Shown here: piece by piece, positions 22,901-32,390 of the stretch
How the letters are laid out: each line of letters opens with the position of its first letter
Numbering within the stretch: position 1 is the stretch's first letter
Assembly (NCBI GenBank): GCA_963841505.1
Contig: CAWJCZ010000005.1
Location: 245,333-309,332, forward strand
DNA: 64,000 nt
DNA from: an uncultured Gemmatimonadales bacterium
GTDB taxonomy: Bacteria; Gemmatimonadota; Gemmatimonadetes; Gemmatimonadales; GWC2-71-9
Reading direction: 5' to 3'
Position numbers and translations under genes: made by a program
The notes under the pieces: model-generated
What the model was told of the DNA's origin: nothing
Databases searched by the model: none
The model's input: the letters and a program-made list of their open reading frames with translations, nothing else

Positions 22901-23330
22901 CCGGGAAGACGAATACGCCTGGCCCAAACACGCGGCCTGGACCAGGCAGCTGGTCGAGGCGGGAGGCCATGCCGGGATCGGAAGTCACGGGCAGCTTCAG
23001 GGCCTGGGTTACCACTGGGAGCTCTGGTCGGTCCAGCGGGGAGGGATGAGCACCCACGACGCGTTGCGGGTTGCCACGCTCCTCGGAGCTCAAGCACTCG
23101 GCCTGAGCGGCGACGTCGGTTCGCTCGAGCCCGGCAAGCTGGCGGACCTGATCGTGCTCGATGCCAATCCGTTGGAGAACATCCGGAACAGCAACACCAT
23201 CAAATACGTGATGAAGAACGGCAGGCTCTACGACGGCAACACGCTCGATGAGATCTGGCCCACCCCACGCCCGGCGCCGGATGAGCCGTGGCGTCACCCG
23301 GCCCCCGTCGTGTCAGCGGGGATCAGATAA
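19983..23330 (+). CDS. Exported PD40/TolB-like beta-propeller plus amidohydrolase protein (paralog 1)
   Basis: Signal peptide; many (W/F)SPDG repeats; [31 protein letters not shown]. Confidence 0.92.
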   Translation: MSWFRSWALGLLASPLFLVPSALRQSEQPAPADTGSNGLPLQPARWAKFTTSKGTWISLDVSPDGQTIAFDLLGDLYTMPITGGTATRLTGGLAHDMQPRWSPDGKQIVFVSDRSGDENVWLVGATGGEPRPVTTGDDMAYLSPDWTPDGSYIVVSKETPTSLGKLWLYHVKGGRGLELTAAPPAVRMTGPAMGPNPRYVWYDQRLGSWQYNAIFPQYQVAVYDRESGTRTTMTSRYGSAFRPALSPDGKWLSYGSRHDAETGLVLRELATGEEHWVAYPIQRDDQESLANMDVLPGYSFTPDSRAIVISYGGEIWRVPVEGGDATKVPFTVNADVAVGPEVHFEYPVDTAATFTVRQIRDAVPSPDGKRLAFTALDRLYVADLPGGTPRRVTSQDAGEYFPAWSPDGTALAYVGWDDRNGAIMRVTVSDRGPAAPVALTRASGYYRQLAWSPDGQRIVAIRSTTQELRDAFDPFVAGLGSEFVWVPAAGGDLTVIAPTAGKNRPHFTTDPTRIYMYGLAEPDPLVQGQTATVALSSMRWDGTDLRRHLRVTWRLPFSAMAYRMSENADVPMPRDFEKEPSIPTTSAAVVMMAPRGDQAIAVVNRDVYVVTVPVTGGNVPTVMVTAPDSAAMPVKKLTDIGGEFATWSADGRSVHWSIGNAFVTYRLDRGDADSTYRPEEVRVRVSANRDIPRGTSVLRGARVVTMRGNEVIENADLLIRDSRIVAVGARGSVTIPDGAKVIDVAGKTIIPGFVDTHSHMWNLWGLHWTRPWIYQANLAYGVTTTRDPQTATTDVFSYQDRVEAGMMPGPRIYSTGPGVFWAEGIKSLDQARTVLRRYSDYWDTKTFKMYLSGNRRQREWLIMAARELKLMPTTEGGLDYRLNMTHAMDGYPGVEHTMPITPAFGDVVELFKTSGTTNTPTLLVNYGGPWAEDYYYTRENVVGDQKLNHFTPKEEIDSKARRLESRPGPGAWFREDEYAWPKHAAWTRQLVEAGGHAGIGSHGQLQGLGYHWELWSVQRGGMSTHDALRVATLLGAQALGLSGDVGSLEPGKLADLIVLDANPLENIRNSNTIKYVMKNGRLYDGNTLDEIWPTPRPAPDEPWRHPAPVVSAGIR

Positions 23331-23400
23331 AGGTGAGAGGTGAGAGGTGAGAGGTGAGAGGTGAGAGTGAAGAGGTGAGAGGTGAGAGGTGAGAAGTGAG
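23331..23400 (+). repeat. Heptamer tandem repeat (AGGTGAG) x10
   Basis: 8 perfect plus 2 variant units starting at the base after the TAA stop and filling almost the whole intergenic space. Confidence 0.95.
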
Positions 23401-23410
23401 AGAAGAGGAC

Positions 23411-26400
23411 ATGGGCAAAACACTGGAGCCACCTATGGTGAACCGCATAGCACGAACAACCCTGGTGATGGGACTGATCGCTCTCACCTCTCACTTCTCA
23501 CCTCTCACCGCCCAGGGGCCGCAGCCCGGCGGGCCTCGGCCTCGCCCCCTGCCCCTTCCCGCTGCCCGCAAGGCAACCTTCACGGCGACCAAGGGGACCT
23601 GGATGTCCCTCGACGTGAGTCCTGACGGCAAGACGGTCGTCTTCGACCTGCTCGGTGACCTCTACACTCTGCCGATCGGCGGTGGAAAGGCGACCCGGAT
23701 CACCGAGGGCATGGCGTTCGACGCCCAGCCCCGGTTCAGTCCGGATGGCGAATCCATCGTGTTCATCTCCGACCGGAGCGGTGGCGACAACGTCTGGACC
23801 ATGCGGCTCGACTTCACCGATACCACCCAGGTCACCCTCGGCAACAACAACCTGTACCTCTCTCCCGAGTGGATGCCGGACGGACAGAACGTCGTGGTCA
23901 GCCGGTCAGGCGGACTGGGCGGCGCGGCCAAGCTCGAGATGTACAACGTGAAGCGGCACAGCGGAGTGCCGATCATTCGAGGCGGCCCGACCTTCAAGAC
24001 CGTCGGTGCGGCGCCCACTCCGGACGGCCGCCAGATCTGGTTTGCCGGCCGGTTCGGCGACTGGCAGTACAACGCCCAGTTCCCCCAGTACGAGCTCTAC
24101 GTGTACGACCGGGAGCGGGGCAGCTCGACCCTCATGTCGAGCCACTATGGCTCCGGCTTCCGCCCCGCGGTCTCTCCCGACGGGAAGTATCTGGCCTATG
24201 GCAGCCGGTACAACACCCAGACCGGACTCAAGCTGCGGGACCTCTCGAGTGGCGATGAGCGCTGGCTCGCCTACCCGATTCAGCGGGATGACCAGGAATC
24301 GCGGGCGACCCTCGACGTGCTGCCGGGGTACAGCTTCACTCCCGATTCCAAATCGGTGGTGATCTCCTACGGTGGTGAGATCTGGCGGGTGCCGGTCGAG
24401 GGTGGCGCGGCCGAAAAGATCCCATTCGAAGCCGCGGTCTCCACCGACATCGGCCCCGAAGTCCGCTTCAGGTATCGGGTGGATACCAGCGCGATGGTGA
24501 TCGCGCGGCAGATTCGAAGCCCGGTGACTTCGCCCGACGGGAAGAAGCTCGCCTACACCGCCTTCGATCGGATGTACATCACCGATCTCGCGACTGGCGT
24601 GGCGCGCCGGGTCACCAAGGCGGACATCGGCGAGTATCACCCGGTCTGGTCTCCCGACGGGCTCTGGCTCGCCTTCGTGACGTGGGACGATTCGGCCGGC
24701 GGCAACATCATCAGGGTGCGAGGCGATGGAACAGGCCAGCCCCAGCAGCTCACCCGGGTCGCCGCGCTCTATTACAACCTGGCATGGTCACCGGACGGGC
24801 AGCGGATCGTCGCGACCCGCGGAGCGGCGCGCGATCTCAAACGTGCGCCCGACACCTTCTTCGGTCCGCAGGGCGGCGAATTCGTCTGGGTCCCTTCGGC
24901 AGGCGGCGCGGTCAACCCCATCGCGCCGACCGGATCGCGGGACTTTGCCCACTTCCGCAAGGACCAGCCAACCCGGATCTACGCCTACAGCCCCCTCGAG
25001 GGACTGGTCTCGTTCCGGTGGGACGGGACCGACGTGAAGCAGCACGTCATCGTGCGCGGCCCGCCTTCTCCGGTGGGTGGCGTTTTCGGCGACATGCTAC
25101 ACCCCGGGGAGCTGACCGTCCTGCCGCGGCGGGTCTTCCCGCTCATCGCCGACCCCTTCGAGAGTCAGCCCGCCGAAGCCGGCGGGCCGCCCACCGCCGA
25201 CCTGGTGGTGATGTCGCCCCAGGGAAATCGCGCCCTGGCCCAGGTGGGAAGCCACATCTACATGGTGGATATCCCGACCGTGGGCGGGCCGGTACCGAAC
25301 GTGTCGGTGACGTCGGGCGGGGGCCCGGTCCGGGTGCGTCAGCTTACCGATATCGGGGGAGAATTCCCGAGCTGGAGCGCCGATGGGAGCCACATCACCT
25401 GGGCGATCGGCAATGCCTACGTCTCCTATGACTTGAGCAGAGTCGAAGCACTCGAGGACAGCGTGGCGCGGGAGAATCGCGGTACCATCGGCCGGGCCAT
25501 CCGGATCCGGCAGCTTCTCGACACGTTGCGAATGACCCGGCGAACGGTGGACAGCCTCAACCGGATTCCGTCGCCGATTGCAGACTCTCTGCTGGCAAAG
25601 CTCAACCGACTGCTGGCGGATTCGGTGCAGGCTCGAGCCGACTCCCTGCTCCGGGCCGCCGATATCATCCGGGCCCGGGCATTCGCCGCGCACAACAACG
25701 CCGATTCGGTGCGGGCCGGCCTCGACAGCGTGCGCCCCGACACGGTGACGTACAAGCCGGTCGAACGCCGGATCATGGTGCAGCTCCCGCGCGACGTTCC
25801 CAGAGGTACCGTGGTGCTTCGGGGCGGCCGGGTGCTCACGATGCGGGGCAATGAGATCCTGGAGAACGCCGACATCGTGGTGACCGACAACCGGATCGTC
25901 GCCGTCGGCAAGCGTGATTCAGTGAGTATCCCCGCGGGGGCGCGCATCATCGACGTCACCGGCAAGACGCTCACGCCCGGGTTCGTCGATACCCACTACC
26001 ACACCCAGTGGCTGGTGCCGGAAATCCATCCCCGGCAAGCCTGGCAGTACCTCGCGACGCTCGCCTACGGGGTGACCACGACCCGCGACCCGCAGACCGG
26101 CTCGACCGACGTGCTGAGCTATCAGGATCGGGTTGCGATCGGGGCGATGGTGGGCCCCCGGATCTACTCGACCGGCCCGGGTGTCTTCATCGACGAGAAC
26201 ATCCGAGACTCGGCGCACGCCGTCAGCGTGCTCAAGCGCTACAGTCAGTACTACGGCACCAACACCCTCAAGATGTACATGGCGGGCAACCGGCAGCAGC
26301 GCCAGTGGATCGTGCAGGCGGCCCGGATTCTCGGCATCATGCCGACCACCGAAGGCGGTCTCGACTACAAGCTCGACATGACCCACGTGGAAGACGGGTA

Positions 26401-27061
26401 TTCCGGGGTGGAGCACGCCCTGCCGATCGTGCCGAAATTCGAGGACGTGGTGAAGTTCTTCAAGGCCGCCGGCACCACCAACACACCGACCCTCATCGTG
26501 TCGTACGGCGGGCCGTTCGCGGAGAATTATTTCTACGAGAAGGAGGAAGTCCACGACAACGCCAAGCTCCGCCGGTTCGTGCCGGAGGAGAGCCTCGATT
26601 CACGGACTCGCCGGCGGGCCTTCTGGGCGCTCGATGAAGAACAGGTCTTCCCCAAGCACGCCGAATTCGTGAAGATGATGCTGGCCGACTCGGCCCGAGT
26701 GGGGGTGGGCAGCCACGGCCAGATCCAGGGGGTGGGCTACGACTGGGAGCTCTGGGCCATGGCATCGGGCGGCGCGCCGACCCACGACTTGCTGCGCGCG
26801 GCGACCATCCTCGGCGCCGAGGCGATCGGACTGGGAACCGATATCGGAACCATCGAAAAGGGCAAGCTGGCCGACATTCTGGTATTCGACGCCGACCCGC
26901 TCCAGGACATCAGGAACGTGGCGCGGATCAAATATGTGATGAAGGACGGCCGGGTCTACGAAGGCGAGACGCTGAACGAAGTGTGGCCGATGGAGCGTCC
27001 GCTGCCGACCCCACCATGGCGAAAGCTCGGTCCCGACGGGGTCCGCGCAGGAGTGCGCTAA
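23411..27061 (+). CDS. Exported PD40 beta-propeller plus amidohydrolase protein (paralog 2, with about 100-aa insertion)
   Basis: Collinear with paralog 1 ([34 protein letters not shown]); extra helical segment at about 25430-25750. Confidence 0.92.
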   Translation: MGKTLEPPMVNRIARTTLVMGLIALTSHFSPLTAQGPQPGGPRPRPLPLPAARKATFTATKGTWMSLDVSPDGKTVVFDLLGDLYTLPIGGGKATRITEGMAFDAQPRFSPDGESIVFISDRSGGDNVWTMRLDFTDTTQVTLGNNNLYLSPEWMPDGQNVVVSRSGGLGGAAKLEMYNVKRHSGVPIIRGGPTFKTVGAAPTPDGRQIWFAGRFGDWQYNAQFPQYELYVYDRERGSSTLMSSHYGSGFRPAVSPDGKYLAYGSRYNTQTGLKLRDLSSGDERWLAYPIQRDDQESRATLDVLPGYSFTPDSKSVVISYGGEIWRVPVEGGAAEKIPFEAAVSTDIGPEVRFRYRVDTSAMVIARQIRSPVTSPDGKKLAYTAFDRMYITDLATGVARRVTKADIGEYHPVWSPDGLWLAFVTWDDSAGGNIIRVRGDGTGQPQQLTRVAALYYNLAWSPDGQRIVATRGAARDLKRAPDTFFGPQGGEFVWVPSAGGAVNPIAPTGSRDFAHFRKDQPTRIYAYSPLEGLVSFRWDGTDVKQHVIVRGPPSPVGGVFGDMLHPGELTVLPRRVFPLIADPFESQPAEAGGPPTADLVVMSPQGNRALAQVGSHIYMVDIPTVGGPVPNVSVTSGGGPVRVRQLTDIGGEFPSWSADGSHITWAIGNAYVSYDLSRVEALEDSVARENRGTIGRAIRIRQLLDTLRMTRRTVDSLNRIPSPIADSLLAKLNRLLADSVQARADSLLRAADIIRARAFAAHNNADSVRAGLDSVRPDTVTYKPVERRIMVQLPRDVPRGTVVLRGGRVLTMRGNEILENADIVVTDNRIVAVGKRDSVSIPAGARIIDVTGKTLTPGFVDTHYHTQWLVPEIHPRQAWQYLATLAYGVTTTRDPQTGSTDVLSYQDRVAIGAMVGPRIYSTGPGVFIDENIRDSAHAVSVLKRYSQYYGTNTLKMYMAGNRQQRQWIVQAARILGIMPTTEGGLDYKLDMTHVEDGYSGVEHALPIVPKFEDVVKFFKAAGTTNTPTLIVSYGGPFAENYFYEKEEVHDNAKLRRFVPEESLDSRTRRRAFWALDEEQVFPKHAEFVKMMLADSARVGVGSHGQIQGVGYDWELWAMASGGAPTHDLLRAATILGAEAIGLGTDIGTIEKGKLADILVFDADPLQDIRNVARIKYVMKDGRVYEGETLNEVWPMERPLPTPPWRKLGPDGVRAGVR
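23483..23510 (-). repeat. Inverted copy of the heptamer repeat (CTCACCT x4) inside signal-peptide coding sequence
   Basis: ctcacct-ctcactt-ctcacct-ctcaccg, encoding LTSHFSPLT. Confidence 0.9.
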
Positions 27062-27435
27062 CGGTGTACTGACAAGGTGTGCCGGGTCGGATCGATCAGC
27101 GCAAAGGTCGTCCGGTCCGCCACCTGGTCGGGATGAACGGAGTATTTGGCGACCTGAGACACATCCGGAACCCGGATGCGAAGCAGGTCGCCGTTCGTTG
27201 TCTCTCCGAGGATGACCACCCGGGTCGTCGTCGAGTAGGGACTGATGAAGGAAACCTGCTGGCTGCCGATCGCGGTGACCGCTTCAACCGGTCCGCCGCT
27301 GATGGTGAGCACCATCGCACCGGCATCCCCGGTTCCCGAGTAGGACACCACCAGGTCTCCCGCGCCGCTCGGATTCTGGCCCGAGTCGCCGCAGCCGAGC
27401 GCGAACAGAAGGAGTCCCGCAACGATTCGCTTCAT
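27058..27435 (-). CDS. Small hypothetical lipoprotein
   Basis: MKRIVAGLLLFALGC lipobox; start overlaps the M6 protease stop. Confidence 0.75.
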   Translation of the reverse strand: MKRIVAGLLLFALGCGDSGQNPSGAGDLVVSYSGTGDAGAMVLTISGGPVEAVTAIGSQQVSFISPYSTTTRVVILGETTNGDLLRIRVPDVSQVAKYSVHPDQVADRTTFALIDPTRHTLSVHR

Positions 27436-29846
27436 CACCGATTCTCCGGCTTCCTGGCGGTCTTGACCGGGGACGCCTCGAGGGCGGCCTGGAGCGCCTG
27501 CGCGGGCACCGCGAGACCCTGGCGCCGATAGAGGGCGAGCAGGTCGCCCACGTCGAACACCCCGTTCCGGTTGCCCAGCTCGTCGAGATAGTTCCGCTGA
27601 TCGACCGACAACGTGGTCGTGCCAAGGACGTCCTGGAGGGCTTCCTGGACCGCCACGGTGACCACCGGGACGAATCGCGCCTCCAGGTCGTAGCCTTTCT
27701 GCAGGGTGAGGGTAAGCGTGGTGCCGGTCGCCACCGTGTCGCCGCGCCAGCCGGTGAACAGGTAACCCGCACCGGCCGTCGCGGTCAGGGTCACCGAGGC
27801 TCCCTGGTCGAAGAACACTCCCTGGCTCAGATCGCCTTCCGCGCTCGAGGTGACGGTGCCCGCACCGGTCCGGGTGACCAGGATGCGGTGCTGGGTGGAG
27901 AAGGTCGCGGAGATGGTATCGGGCCTGTTGGGATTGCTGATCACGGTCTGTTCCCGCGGCCCCCCAATGCTCCACGCGAGAAAGCGCGACTGGGTCTTTC
28001 CCCCCGCGAGGGTCTGGATCGAGTCGGCGCCGAGCTGGATGGGATCTCCAGCGGGAATCACGTCATCGTATCGGGTCCAGAGCTCTCCGTTCACCCGCAC
28101 CTGGGCGCCGCCCAGCGCCGCGATGACCGACGGCTGGCGCCGGCTGAACCGGAACCGCATCATGCCGCCGGGCAGCTGGGTGATCTGATCGATCGCGAAT
28201 CCGATGAAGCCCCCCGAGTTGCTCCGTGCACTGGGCGCAGCCTGGAGACTGAAGTGGGTATTGTTGGTGCTGCCGGGGAAGGCGTCACCCCGGTCGCCCC
28301 GATTGGTGCCGCCCGGCGCCCGAAGCTGATTGAGACCATCGGCCTGGAGCAGGGCCACCCCCTGGATCACCCCGGTATTCACCGAATTGCTGAACAGGCT
28401 CGCATTCACCCTGGGCTGATTGATCAGCCAGAGCAGGAGCCCGGGCGATTTGGCGCAGAAGCCTAACCCGCCGATCGAGGAGCCGGCCGGGGGCGGGCAG
28501 CCATCGGGGAGCGACGGGTTCATCTGGGCGGTGTCGCTCAGGACCGCCTGGCGATTTTCGACCAGGAGGAAATCGTCGGGGTTGTCGGTCCGGGCGTAGA
28601 AGATGGTGTCGGTCAGAAGCCGCGGCCCGGTCGTGACGGTGCGACTCGACCCCAGCGTATCCACCGTGGCCCACCCGAGGACCAGCAGCGACCAGGCGTC
28701 GTAGGACGAGGGACTGTAGGGCCGGGCATAATTCCCGGATCCCATGATCCCCCACCCACCGATGCCCTGGGTCCCGCCGCTCGTATCGTACAGGTCGGGC
28801 AGCCCGAAGGCGTGCCCGGTTTCGTGCGCGATGGTCCCGATCGCCATGATGGTGCCGGACTCGCAGGCGGTGGCACCGCCGAGCTGGGACTGGATGGTGT
28901 AATCGTTCACCTTGAGGTACTGCACCGCCCCGTTGATGACCAGGGGCTGTCCGTTGGGGCCCCGCCGGGGGGTGCGGGTTACGAACATCCCGTCGGACCC
29001 GATGCTCGCCGGTCGCTGGTTCGCGGGCACGCTGCCCATCCAGCCACTCACCACGAACCGGTGGCTCCAGATCCCGGTGGGCGGAGGGTCCAGCCGCACG
29101 CATTCCCCGCCGATTTCCGGCTGCAGGAATCCCACGAAATCCACGATCCCGTCGTCGTCCCCGCTGTTGGGGACGCCGTCGGGGCCGTCATTGTCGAACT
29201 GGGACCAGAGGGTATCGCCGCCGGGACGATTGCTGACCGAATCGAGCGCCGTCACCAGCATGAGCGCCATCCGGTTGATCGGTCGGGAGGGACAGTTGGT
29301 GCGCCCGCCGATCGTGAAGCCGTTGCATCCGTCGGTGTAGAACGCGGCGTTCGAATCGACCCGGACCTGGGGCAGGACCACCCCGTCGAGGGAAATCCGC
29401 TGCTGGGACAGCTCTTCGTAGTAGGTGGTCACCGAGTAGGGACGGTCGCCCGGATTCCCGCAGGCGATGGGAAAACGGCTGAACAACAGACACTGGAACG
29501 CCTGGACCGGGTACTGGACCGCCTTGTCTCGATATCCGACGACGATGACCGGCACGTGGAAGGCGCCGGTCACCGCGCTCTGGGGCAGCGCGCCCATAAC
29601 CCGGGTAAGCGGACCTCCGGTACGGGACCCGCTCACCGCATTGAGGCGATCCAGGCTGCCCTGGCGGAGCAGCTGCATCCGCTCGGTCCGGATGTCGGCG
29701 GAACGGCGGCGCCAGGCGGCGTTGGGACCCCAGTCCAGCGGCTCGAGAAGGAGCGGCGCGGTGTGGGAGCCCTGGGCGTGAACCGGAAGGGGGCGAGCAG
29801 CGAGGCCGGCCAGCACGGCGGCCGCAAGAAGGACGAGACGTTTCAT
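27435..29846 (-). CDS. M6 family (immune inhibitor A-like) metalloprotease, exported
   Basis: AHETGHAFGLPDLYD, WGIMGSG, IWSHR, Ca-loop DNDGPDG..NSGDDDG; C-terminal B-repeat-like (V.LTA..G.GY.FTGW.GD) and EF-hand/dockerin-like GNRNGVFDVGD. Confidence 0.9.
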   Translation of the reverse strand: MKRLVLLAAAVLAGLAARPLPVHAQGSHTAPLLLEPLDWGPNAAWRRRSADIRTERMQLLRQGSLDRLNAVSGSRTGGPLTRVMGALPQSAVTGAFHVPVIVVGYRDKAVQYPVQAFQCLLFSRFPIACGNPGDRPYSVTTYYEELSQQRISLDGVVLPQVRVDSNAAFYTDGCNGFTIGGRTNCPSRPINRMALMLVTALDSVSNRPGGDTLWSQFDNDGPDGVPNSGDDDGIVDFVGFLQPEIGGECVRLDPPPTGIWSHRFVVSGWMGSVPANQRPASIGSDGMFVTRTPRRGPNGQPLVINGAVQYLKVNDYTIQSQLGGATACESGTIMAIGTIAHETGHAFGLPDLYDTSGGTQGIGGWGIMGSGNYARPYSPSSYDAWSLLVLGWATVDTLGSSRTVTTGPRLLTDTIFYARTDNPDDFLLVENRQAVLSDTAQMNPSLPDGCPPPAGSSIGGLGFCAKSPGLLLWLINQPRVNASLFSNSVNTGVIQGVALLQADGLNQLRAPGGTNRGDRGDAFPGSTNNTHFSLQAAPSARSNSGGFIGFAIDQITQLPGGMMRFRFSRRQPSVIAALGGAQVRVNGELWTRYDDVIPAGDPIQLGADSIQTLAGGKTQSRFLAWSIGGPREQTVISNPNRPDTISATFSTQHRILVTRTGAGTVTSSAEGDLSQGVFFDQGASVTLTATAGAGYLFTGWRGDTVATGTTLTLTLQKGYDLEARFVPVVTVAVQEALQDVLGTTTLSVDQRNYLDELGNRNGVFDVGDLLALYRRQGLAVPAQALQAALEASPVKTARKPENR

Positions 29847-30012
29847 CGAGCGTTCGTGGGCAATCTAATCTGGTGACCCGGTTGACCGGAGGCGCAGCAG
29901 ACGCCAGAATTGAGACACGCGCTTGTCCCGGTACCCCCGTGAACTTACTTTAAGCCATTATCCTGCATGGGGATGAAGAAGCGCACATCCCCCCTCCGCG
30001 ACGCGAGGTTAC

Positions 30013-31218
30013 GTGCCGACCAAGGCCGTCCACACCGACATCGCGCTCTTCGAAAAGTGTCGGCAGTACACCCGGGCCGACGAGGTCAAGGCCGCCGGGC
30101 TGTATCCGTATTTCCGCCCCATCTCCGAATCGGAAGACACCGTCGTTGTCATCGAGGGCCAGCGCCGCATCATGCTGGGCTCGAACAATTATCTCGGCCT
30201 GACCCACCACCCCCGGGTGATCGAGGCGGCCCGCAATGCCCTGGAGCGATATGGGTCCGGTTGCACCGGCAGCCGTTTTCTGAACGGCACCCTGGATCTG
30301 CATCTCCAGCTCGAGGCGGCCCTCGCCGAGTTTCTCGGCAAGGAAGACTGCATCGTGTTTTCGACCGGATACAATGCCAACGTCGGACTCATCTCCGGTT
30401 TGATCGGCCGCAAGGATGTCGTGTTTCTCGACAAGCTCGACCACGCCTCCATCGTGGATGGCGCCAAGATGTCGGACGGGCAGACCATCCGCTTCAATCA
30501 CGGCGACCTGGCCGCGCTCGACCGGAAGCTCGAGGAGCACCCGGATGCTGGCAAGATGGTGATCGTGGACGGCATCTACTCGATGGAAGGGGACATCGCC
30601 GACGTGGCCGGGCTGCTCAAGGCCTGCCGGAAGCATGGGGCTGCCCTGGCCATCGACGATGCCCACTCGATCGGGGTGCTCGGGCCCCGGGGTGACGGCA
30701 CCGCGGCGCACTTCGGACTGAGCGACGACGTGGATATCATCGCGGGAACATTTTCCAAGTCGCTCGCGTCCATTGGCGGGTTCGTCACCGCCTCCCGCTC
30801 GATCATCAACTACCTGCGGCACCACAGCCGCGCGCTGATCTTCACCGCCTCCCTGCCTCCCGCCAACACCGCGGGCGTGCTGGCGGCCTTGCAGGTGCTC
30901 CAGGAAGACGGGGAGCGGCGGGAGCAGCTCTGGGCCAACACCCGACGGCTGCTGGACGGGTTCCGCGCGTTCGGGTTCGATACCGGTCCTTCCGAAACTC
31001 CCATTGTCCCGATTCTGATCGGCCCGCTGGAGCGCACCCTGATCATGTGGCGCCAGGTGTTCGACGCGGGAATCTTCACCAACCCGGTCGTTCCTCCCGC
31101 GGTACCGCCCTCGATGTGCCGCCTCCGGACCAGTGTCATGGCCACCCATACCCCGGACCAGATCGATTTCGCGGTCGAGACGATCGGCACCATCGGGAAA
31201 CAGCTCGGCGTCATCTAG
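30013..31218 (+). CDS. spt: Serine palmitoyltransferase-like PLP alpha-oxoamine synthase
   Basis: GSNNYLGL, GSRFLNGT, DHASIVDG, DDAH, GTFSKS (SPT-type PLP-lysine motif rather than GKA of KBL/BioF); no bio genes adjacent. Confidence 0.8.
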   Translation: MPTKAVHTDIALFEKCRQYTRADEVKAAGLYPYFRPISESEDTVVVIEGQRRIMLGSNNYLGLTHHPRVIEAARNALERYGSGCTGSRFLNGTLDLHLQLEAALAEFLGKEDCIVFSTGYNANVGLISGLIGRKDVVFLDKLDHASIVDGAKMSDGQTIRFNHGDLAALDRKLEEHPDAGKMVIVDGIYSMEGDIADVAGLLKACRKHGAALAIDDAHSIGVLGPRGDGTAAHFGLSDDVDIIAGTFSKSLASIGGFVTASRSIINYLRHHSRALIFTASLPPANTAGVLAALQVLQEDGERREQLWANTRRLLDGFRAFGFDTGPSETPIVPILIGPLERTLIMWRQVFDAGIFTNPVVPPAVPPSMCRLRTSVMATHTPDQIDFAVETIGTIGKQLGVI

Positions 31219-31253
31219 GCGCGGCGAACCGGGAACCCGGCAGAGGGGGTTGA

Positions 31254-32390
31254 GTGCACGGTGAGGTAACGGTCGGACCGGTTCGCTCTTCGCTCGATCT
31301 CCGCCAGTTCATCGATCTTCCTTATCGGCTCTACGCCAACGATCCCCTGTGGGCCGCACCCCTCCGGCGCGACGTCCACACCCTGCTCTCCCCCCGCAAG
31401 AACCCGTTTTTCGAGCACGCCGAAGCCGAGTATTTCCTGGCCCGCCGCGACGGCAGGGTGGTCGGACGGGTCGCGGCGATCGCGAACCGCCTGCACAACG
31501 AATTCCACGGGGACCAGGTCGGGTTCTTCGGGTTTTTCGAGACCGAACCCGACCAGAGGATCGCCGCCGCCCTGCTGGACACCGCGGCCGGGTGGCTCCG
31601 GAGCCGGGGATTCGACACCATGAGGGGGCCCGCGTCCTTCTCCACCAACGATGAGTGCGGCCTCCTGGTGGACGGGTTCGACACCCCGCCGGTCATCATG
31701 ATGCCCCATAACCCGCGGGGCTATGTGGCCCTGCTGGAAGGCGCCGGGTTTCACAAGGCCAAGGATCTGCTGGTCTACCAGGGCGGCAGCATGGAGCGGG
31801 AGGTCCCGATGCCGGAGCGGCTCACCCGTGCGGTGGAGCTGATCCGGAAGCGGATGGGGCTCACCCTCCGGAAGCTCAACCTCAAGGACTTCGCCGGCGA
31901 GGTGGACCGGATCAAGGGACTCTACAATCGGAGCTGGGAGCGCAACTGGGGATTCATTCCGCTCACCGACCACGAAATTGATCACCTGGCCACCCAGTTC
32001 AAGCCGGTGGTGGTGCCTGACTACGCCCCGTTTCTCGAGAAGGACGGCGAACCGATCGGCTTCGCCCTCGCGCTCCCCGACCTCAACGTGTCGTTCCGGC
32101 GGAATCGCCAGGGACGCTTCCTGCCCGGCCTCGCGCGGCTGCTCTTCGATCTCAAAACCGGCCGGATCAACCGGATGCGGATCCTCCTTCTCGGAATTCT
32201 GCCGGAGTACCGCGGCAAGGGCCTCGATGCCCTGCTCTACCACTGGATCTGGGAGAACGGGAACCGGAAGGGCATCCATTGGGGAGAAGCGGGCTGGATC
32301 CTGGAGGACAATCCCGCCATGAACTCGGCCCTCCTCAAGATCGGCTTCACCGTCTACAAGACCTACCGGCTGTACGATCGCGGGTTATGA
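31254..32390 (+). CDS. GNAT-fold acyltransferase, bacterial ceramide synthase (bCerS)-like
   Basis: NPFFEHAE..FLA.R.G.VVGR.AAI, GFFGFFE, GLLVDGFD, MMPHNP, NWGFIP, LPDLN, WILEDN; directly after spt. Confidence 0.78.
   Translation: MHGEVTVGPVRSSLDLRQFIDLPYRLYANDPLWAAPLRRDVHTLLSPRKNPFFEHAEAEYFLARRDGRVVGRVAAIANRLHNEFHGDQVGFFGFFETEPDQRIAAALLDTAAGWLRSRGFDTMRGPASFSTNDECGLLVDGFDTPPVIMMPHNPRGYVALLEGAGFHKAKDLLVYQGGSMEREVPMPERLTRAVELIRKRMGLTLRKLNLKDFAGEVDRIKGLYNRSWERNWGFIPLTDHEIDHLATQFKPVVVPDYAPFLEKDGEPIGFALALPDLNVSFRRNRQGRFLPGLARLLFDLKTGRINRMRILLLGILPEYRGKGLDALLYHWIWENGNRKGIHWGEAGWILEDNPAMNSALLKIGFTVYKTYRLYDRGL

Noticed and set aside
23331-23400. Possible CRISPR array
   Set aside because: 7-bp tandem units with no spacers and no cas genes.
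30013-31218. Annotation as bioF or kbl
   Set aside because: GTFSKS motif, GNAT/SDR neighbours and absence of bio or tdh genes favour Spt, though this is not proven.
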